From positions 1,153 through 65,152 of the forward strand of contig JABIFG010000231.1 in assembly GCA_018650795.1 (NCBI GenBank): a stretch of DNA of 64,000 bases, given 5' to 3'. Below are positions 59,050 to 64,000 of this stretch, piece after piece. The position numbers and the translations under genes are program-made. Below the pieces are notes generated by a model that saw nothing but the letters and a program-made list of their open reading frames with translations, made no database searches and was not told the DNA's origin. The stretch is from Fidelibacterota bacterium. GTDB lineage: Bacteria; Fidelibacterota; UBA8477; JABMPR01. Within the stretch, counting starts at the first letter, position 1. Each line of letters begins with the position of its first letter.

Positions 59050-59077
59050 AAGATAAATGTAGCTTCAGGTATGTCAA
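59050..59077 (-). promoter_or_regulatory. Putative sigma-70 promoter of trxA
   Basis: TTGACA-N16-TATCTT on the minus strand. Confidence 0.55.
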
Positions 59078-59099
59078 GAAAATCAATTCATCAAAATAG

Positions 59100-60332
59100 C
59101 TATGCTCTGATCCATCTATATATTTCTGGTAAAGTGATCCGTTTTCCGTAAAGCAAGATGCCTGTTCTAAAGACTTTCGCTGACAACCTGATGCTGCCAT
59201 ACACGCTGACCATCATCAATATAATTGTAGTAAGTACTTGAATATTAGTTGTTTCCCCTATCGCAATTTTGATCATCATAAAAAATGGTGTCACCAGAGG
59301 TATATAGCTTAATACATTTACAAGAGTGGAGTTGGGATTCTCTATAACCAGAGTCCACAGTACCATAGGAATGATGGCAATAAAGGTGATGATCTGGATA
59401 GCTTGTTGAGCTTCTTGTTCCGAATCAAATAGAGCGCCTACACCGATATAGATACCTGCATATAGTAGATACCCCAGAATAAAATAGGTGAAGTAAAGCA
59501 GCCCTATAGCTGGGGTCAAAATGGAGAGTTCATAGTAGTTACCTGCAAAAAAGGAAACCAGTAGATAAATACTTGATTGAGTTAAACCAAGTAATCCAAG
59601 TCCCAAAATCTTACCGCCCATGAGTTCATTGTAGCTGACGGTAGAAAGTAATACTTCTATGACCCTTGAAGATCGTTCTTCAAGTACAGCCCTGAGGAGC
59701 AATTGTCCCCCCGTAAAAATCCCAAGGAAGAGCAAAAACATAAATATGAAGGGTGCTATATAATCAGCAATGAGTTCATCTGTTTCACGTTCTTCAGAGG
59801 CTCCGACTTCAAAATGGGCAATATCAATGTCGAAAAATATCTCATCCAGGACCTCTGCGGATAAATCAAGATTAATCGCTCTCTCTTTGATAAGTAATTC
59901 TTTCAGCTCTGATTTAATTATATCAGTTGAACGAAAATTAGAGCTGGATCTAGAATAATTTCGAATCGTTGGATTGCTTAAGAAGTCATGTGGTAAAACA
60001 AAATAACCGTCCAGTGTTTTGTCATCGACTAAGGCATCAAACTGTGTCTGCAATGACTCATAGCTACCGTTCGTGACAGCAATTCTGAAAGGGGGAGCTT
60101 CTTTGTCTGCAAATCTTTTATCCAGAATATCTGTAAGTTGTTCACCATATCTGGCCGTTTCATCAATCATCCCAAAATGCTTGGTTTCGATACCAGCTCC
60201 TGAACCAGCCAGATAGCCAGTTCCCAAAGTGATAACCAAGATGAGTATGGGCATACCAAAAGTACCTATAATGAACCATTTCGATCGAATTCTACGACGA
60301 TATTCAAACCATGCTATTTTCCAGGCGTTCAT
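59100..60332 (-). CDS. ABC-2 permease (NatB-like)
   Basis: EYRRRIRSKWF, VLEERSSRVIEVLLS, LMGGKILG and KVFRTGILLYGK. Confidence 0.9.
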   Translation of the reverse strand: MNAWKIAWFEYRRRIRSKWFIIGTFGMPILILVITLGTGYLAGSGAGIETKHFGMIDETARYGEQLTDILDKRFADKEAPPFRIAVTNGSYESLQTQFDALVDDKTLDGYFVLPHDFLSNPTIRNYSRSSSNFRSTDIIKSELKELLIKERAINLDLSAEVLDEIFFDIDIAHFEVGASEERETDELIADYIAPFIFMFLLFLGIFTGGQLLLRAVLEERSSRVIEVLLSTVSYNELMGGKILGLGLLGLTQSSIYLLVSFFAGNYYELSILTPAIGLLYFTYFILGYLLYAGIYIGVGALFDSEQEAQQAIQIITFIAIIPMVLWTLVIENPNSTLVNVLSYIPLVTPFFMMIKIAIGETTNIQVLTTIILMMVSVYGSIRLSAKVFRTGILLYGKRITLPEIYRWIRA

Positions 60333-61213
60333 TATTGGGAGCCCTTCACGAGGTGAATGAATATTTCCTCGAGTCCTTGCTCAGCAACTCTTACAGTTTT
60401 TAAATCGATTGATTTATTCAATGTAGAGATAATTTCCTGTTTTGATTGGGTACCAATCTCAATGTAGATCGACCCATCCTTTTCGATGGAGTCGTATGCT
60501 GAGAAACATTTGTGAGTGAGGTCTTCCTCGTCAACTGGGGTAACCTGTAATTGTGGTAGTCCCTCAGATTTCATAATCGTAGACAAGTCCCCTGCAGTAA
60601 CGAGGTATCCGTGATTGATCAGGGCGACATCATCACATAGTTTTTCCACCTGATCCATCTGATGCGAGCTGAATATGATAGTTTTACCAGCCTGCTTCTT
60701 CTCTTCCAATATTTCTTTTAGCAGGAGTTGATTGACTGGATCCAGGCCAGAAAAAGGTTCGTCCAGAACAATATATTGGGGATCGTGAAGTATCGTATTT
60801 ATGAATTGGAGTTTTTGCTGATTTCCTTTGGACAGTTCACTTACTTTAGACTGAAGGCGCGTACCAAGATCAAAACGCTGGAGATAATCTTTTATCTTCG
60901 TATTAGGATCAGAAACATCTCTCAGGTGGGCAAAATACTGCAAGGTTTCGAACACTGATATTTTCTGATACAGACCGCGTTCTTCTGGAAGATAGCCAAT
61001 CTGGTTTGAGGGAGGTCTCTGACTAATCCCATCGAAAAGGATTGAGCCTGTATCGGGGATGATGATATTCATGAGCATGCGAATGGCAGTTGTTTTTCCG
61101 GCTCCGTTTGGACCCAGAAAACCATAAATTCTGCCTGCCTGAATTGTCATGTTCAGGTCGCTAACAGCTGCAATAGAATCATAAGTTTTGGAGATTCCCT
61201 GCAGTTCAATCAT
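60332..61213 (-). CDS. ABC transporter ATP-binding protein (NatA/YhaQ-like)
   Basis: GPNGAGKTT, GYLPEERGLY, LSKGNQQK and LDEPFSGLDPVN. Confidence 0.93.
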   Translation of the reverse strand: MIELQGISKTYDSIAAVSDLNMTIQAGRIYGFLGPNGAGKTTAIRMLMNIIIPDTGSILFDGISQRPPSNQIGYLPEERGLYQKISVFETLQYFAHLRDVSDPNTKIKDYLQRFDLGTRLQSKVSELSKGNQQKLQFINTILHDPQYIVLDEPFSGLDPVNQLLLKEILEEKKQAGKTIIFSSHQMDQVEKLCDDVALINHGYLVTAGDLSTIMKSEGLPQLQVTPVDEEDLTHKCFSAYDSIEKDGSIYIEIGTQSKQEIISTLNKSIDLKTVRVAEQGLEEIFIHLVKGSQ

Positions 61214-61270
61214 GTGGCAGCCTTCTTTTGTTGAGTAAATGTTTACAGAGTCTGTCTTTAAATGCTTCTC

Positions 61271-61341
61271 TCACAACGAATTTGACGAAATTCACGAAAA
61301 TATTTAATGCTATTTCGTAATATTCGTCAAATTCGTTGTGA
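61271..61341. repeat. Intergenic palindrome with perfect 19-bp outer arms and an internal 9-bp periodicity
   Basis: TCACAACGAATTTGACGAA (61271-61289) and TTCGTCAAATTCGTTGTGA (61323-61341). Confidence 0.85.
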
Positions 61342-61386
61342 AAACCGGTAATAGCATCTGCTTAAAACTAACTTTATAGACAAACA

Positions 61387-62598
61387 CTAATTATGATTAA
61401 TTCTGACAAATTTTCGTTTGCCTGCTTTAATCACAAAACTGCCTTTGATATTAAAGGGGAAAAATTCATCCTGGATTTTCTTATTATCAACACTTACGGC
61501 ATTCTGCTTAACGAGTCTACGAATCTCCCCTTTACTGGCAAATAGGCCACTCTTATCAAGCAATGACAATAAGGTTTCATCATCGGAATCTATAGTCAGC
61601 TCTGGCATTTCATCTGGAATGTCTTTTTTAATGAACAAGTTGTCAAAAGCCTCTTGAGCAGCCATTGCAGCATGATCATCATAATAGACTTTGACGAGTT
61701 CCCGACCAAGTTGTCTCTTGAAATCTCTGGGATTTGCCCCTGATTTCATCTTGGTATCAATCTCCTGAATCGCTCCCATTGACAGATTTGTCGTAAGCGT
61801 GAGGTACTTGACGATCATCTCATCAGGAATGGACAAGACCTTTCCAAACATATCTGCCGGTGTATCAGATAGTCCAATGTAGTTATCGTAACTCTTCGAC
61901 ATCTTTTCTTTGCCATCAGTACCTTCAAGAAGAGGTAAGGTCATAATGATTTGTTGGGCTTGGTTCGATTTTTTTTGTAACTCTCGTCCCATGAGGAGAT
62001 TGAACAATTGATCCGTGCCACCCAATTCAACGTCAGAATGCAAATACACGGAGTCTTGCGCTTGAGCTAGAGGATAAAGGAATTCATGTACTGAGATAGG
62101 CGTACCGCCCTTATATCTTTGCGAAAAGTCATCTCGCTCCAGCATTTGGGCTACAGTAACCTGTGCTGCAAGTTTTATAAGCTCAGAGAAATTCATGCTA
62201 TTTAGCCAGTCCGAGTTATGCACCACATCAAGTCTATCCGCATTAAGAATGATAGAAGCTTGCTCAAGATATGATTTGCCGTAGTCTCGAGCTTCATCCA
62301 GTGTGATGCTGGGTCTGGTTTTATTTCGGCCTGTTGGATCACCGATAGAAGCAGTGAAATCACCAATAATTAGTATAGCCTGATGTCCCAAATCCTGAAA
62401 TTGTCTTAGTTTACGAAGTACGACTGCATGACCAATGTGTAGATCTGGACGACTGGGGTCAGCTCCCAGCTTAATCTTCAGTGGTTTCCCTGATTTTGTT
62501 GATTTCTCAAGTTTTTGTTCAAGACCCTCTGGTGATACAAAGTCTTCTACGCCACGTGAGACTACATCTATCTGTTCTTTAACGGGTGGAAATTTCAC
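61387..62598 (-). CDS. tyrS: Tyrosine--tRNA ligase
   Basis: KLGADPSRPDLHIGH, IGDPTGR, ELGGTDQLFN, KMSKS and a C-terminal S4 domain. Confidence 0.98.
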   Translation of the reverse strand: MKFPPVKEQIDVVSRGVEDFVSPEGLEQKLEKSTKSGKPLKIKLGADPSRPDLHIGHAVVLRKLRQFQDLGHQAILIIGDFTASIGDPTGRNKTRPSITLDEARDYGKSYLEQASIILNADRLDVVHNSDWLNSMNFSELIKLAAQVTVAQMLERDDFSQRYKGGTPISVHEFLYPLAQAQDSVYLHSDVELGGTDQLFNLLMGRELQKKSNQAQQIIMTLPLLEGTDGKEKMSKSYDNYIGLSDTPADMFGKVLSIPDEMIVKYLTLTTNLSMGAIQEIDTKMKSGANPRDFKRQLGRELVKVYYDDHAAMAAQEAFDNLFIKKDIPDEMPELTIDSDDETLLSLLDKSGLFASKGEIRRLVKQNAVSVDNKKIQDEFFPFNIKGSFVIKAGKRKFVRINHN

Positions 62599-62616
62599 TG
62601 TCTTTCTCCGAATTAA

Positions 62617-63084
62617 TTATTGGCTGAGTTTTCTTGCTCGGTCCATTTCGCGAGTTGCATCACGCTTGAGGGCAGTCTGACGTTTGTCATGGACATTCTT
62701 ACCCTTTGCCAGGCCTAATTCAACTTTCAGTTTGCCTGCTTTAAAATATAGGGAGAGCGGTAATAAAGTATAGCCTTTGGCCTCAATTTCATGACTCAAT
62801 TTCCTGATTTCTTTTTTATGCAGTAACAAGAGACGTGGTCTGGTAGGATTGTGTTGATCATATTCATTGGCAGTTTCCCAGGGTGAAATGTACAAATTTA
62901 TCAAGGAGATGCTGCCGTTGCGCGGCCTTGCATAGGCATCACCCAAGTTCACCTTGCCAGCCCTAATGGACTTCACTTCGGTACCCTGCAGGGAAATTCC
63001 AGCCTCATATTTTTCTATTATTTCATATTCATAGTAAGCGCGTTTATTACGCATAACCAGTTTTATATGCTTATCGTCGTTCAT
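62617..63084 (-). CDS. smpB: SsrA-binding protein
   Basis: NKRAYYEY, EAGISLQGTEVKSIR, LLLHKKEI and AKGKNVHDKR. Confidence 0.98.
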   Translation of the reverse strand: MNDDKHIKLVMRNKRAYYEYEIIEKYEAGISLQGTEVKSIRAGKVNLGDAYARPRNGSISLINLYISPWETANEYDQHNPTRPRLLLLHKKEIRKLSHEIEAKGYTLLPLSLYFKAGKLKVELGLAKGKNVHDKRQTALKRDATREMDRARKLSQ

Positions 63085-63454
63085 GCCGAAAATTTATTCT
63101 CCCCATACCTGATAACAACCCCGCTTTTTCGCATAGTGCTACCAATTGAACTTCAAAACGATTTGCAAATTTCATGGGATTATATTGTGCCTTACGATAT
63201 TCACTTGTGAACCAAAACCAAGCTTTGCTTCTAATTTTAAGAGTTTAGAATTGAAAATGATGATGAAGTTATAGTTTAGCTTAATGGTTAATTGGTTTCA
63301 CCTCTAAAGGAGAGCTTTAATTGGAATAATTGATCAGTATTCAGTATCATTTCGTCCTTTTATTGCCATAATCCACCCTATATAGTAGGTTTATTTAGTT
63401 TCGATTTGGTTCCATATACACAGAAAAAAAGCTGGTTGAGATACTATTAATCCC

Positions 63455-63483
63455 TTGATGATCGTGTAATAAGGGATTATAAT
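63455..63483 (+). promoter_or_regulatory. Putative sigma-70 promoter of the MerR-family gene
   Basis: TTGATG-N17-TATAAT. Confidence 0.5.
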
Positions 63484-63535
63484 TAAAGTAATGGTTCAAG
63501 TGATTAACGTTGTTTTATTATAGGGTGAGTGGAAT

Positions 63536-63985
63536 ATGCCAAGGGAAGCCATAAAAAAACTATACTATTCAATTGGTGAGGTCAGCGAAGCAACTGACTT
63601 AAAGCAATACGTTCTACGCTATTGGGAATCTGAGTTTCCACAATTATCCCCTGCTAAAAACCGTGCTGGTAACCGTACATATCGTGAAAAAGACATTGAG
63701 CTGGTCAATTTTATTAAAACCTTACTCTATGAAAAAAAATATACTATTGAGGGTGCTCGTCAGAAGTTAAAGGAGCTCCAGGACAATGGTTTAGCCCTCA
63801 GCATTCTTAGTCTTGAAGATCCAATACCTGCACCCCCTGCAGCAGTTGTTGAGTCTGAGTCAAATATTAAGAGACCAAAATCATCTGTGTCACCCCAGGC
63901 AGCGATGACACCAGCGAGCTATAAGAAATTTTTAGTTAATCTGCGTACCGAACTAAAACAATTGATCGAGCTCATCGACTCATAA
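63536..63985 (+). CDS. MerR-family HTH transcriptional regulator
   Basis: YYSIGEVS...YVLRYWESEFPQLSP.KNRAGNRTY...LLYEKKYTIEGAR. Confidence 0.9.
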   Translation: MPREAIKKLYYSIGEVSEATDLKQYVLRYWESEFPQLSPAKNRAGNRTYREKDIELVNFIKTLLYEKKYTIEGARQKLKELQDNGLALSILSLEDPIPAPPAAVVESESNIKRPKSSVSPQAAMTPASYKKFLVNLRTELKQLIELIDS

Positions 63986-64000
63986 ACTTGTTTTATCCCT

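Noticed and set aside
63085-63535. tmRNA or another ncRNA beside smpB, and a 20-codon ORF at 63288-63350 on the minus strand
   Set aside because: The region is AT-rich with no tRNA-like ends or tag reading frame. The short ORF has only a weak RBS and no recognisable motif.

Overview
This is a gene-dense stretch of a Gram-negative bacterial chromosome, mostly core housekeeping genes. The gene content (LptE next to a sigma-54 activator, DUF4837, GldA/F/G-like ABC genes, a TPP-controlled TonB receptor) suggests an FCB-superphylum organism, possibly Marinimicrobia-like; this is inference only. Most genes lie on the minus strand: tamB/tamA, moxR-DUF58, gld-like ABC genes, dnaK, nadE, asnS, uvrB, accA, rnr, lepA, trxA, tyrS and smpB. 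There are two tRNA-Ser genes and a TPP riboswitch. I saw no CRISPR array, rRNA, prophage, integrase or transposase. Signals not shown by the ORF track: (1) two short ORFs at 943-1488 are one in-frame AhpD-like gene split by a UGA in a CxxU motif, with a SECIS-like hairpin 11 nt downstream, so it is probably a selenoprotein; (2) the tRNA-Ser locus holds a duplicated tRNA 3' end with a 52-bp structured insert in its T-loop, followed by a hairpin-rich leader and a small GIY-YIG nuclease gene; (3) three genes (tamA, rfbD and a 1010-aa outer-membrane protein) appear to need non-canonical AUU/AUA starts; (4) a WecB homologue has substitutions at many catalytic positions; (5) dnaK has a sigma-54-type promoter with paired upstream palindromes. 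All calls were made by eye from motifs; no searches or folding programs were run.
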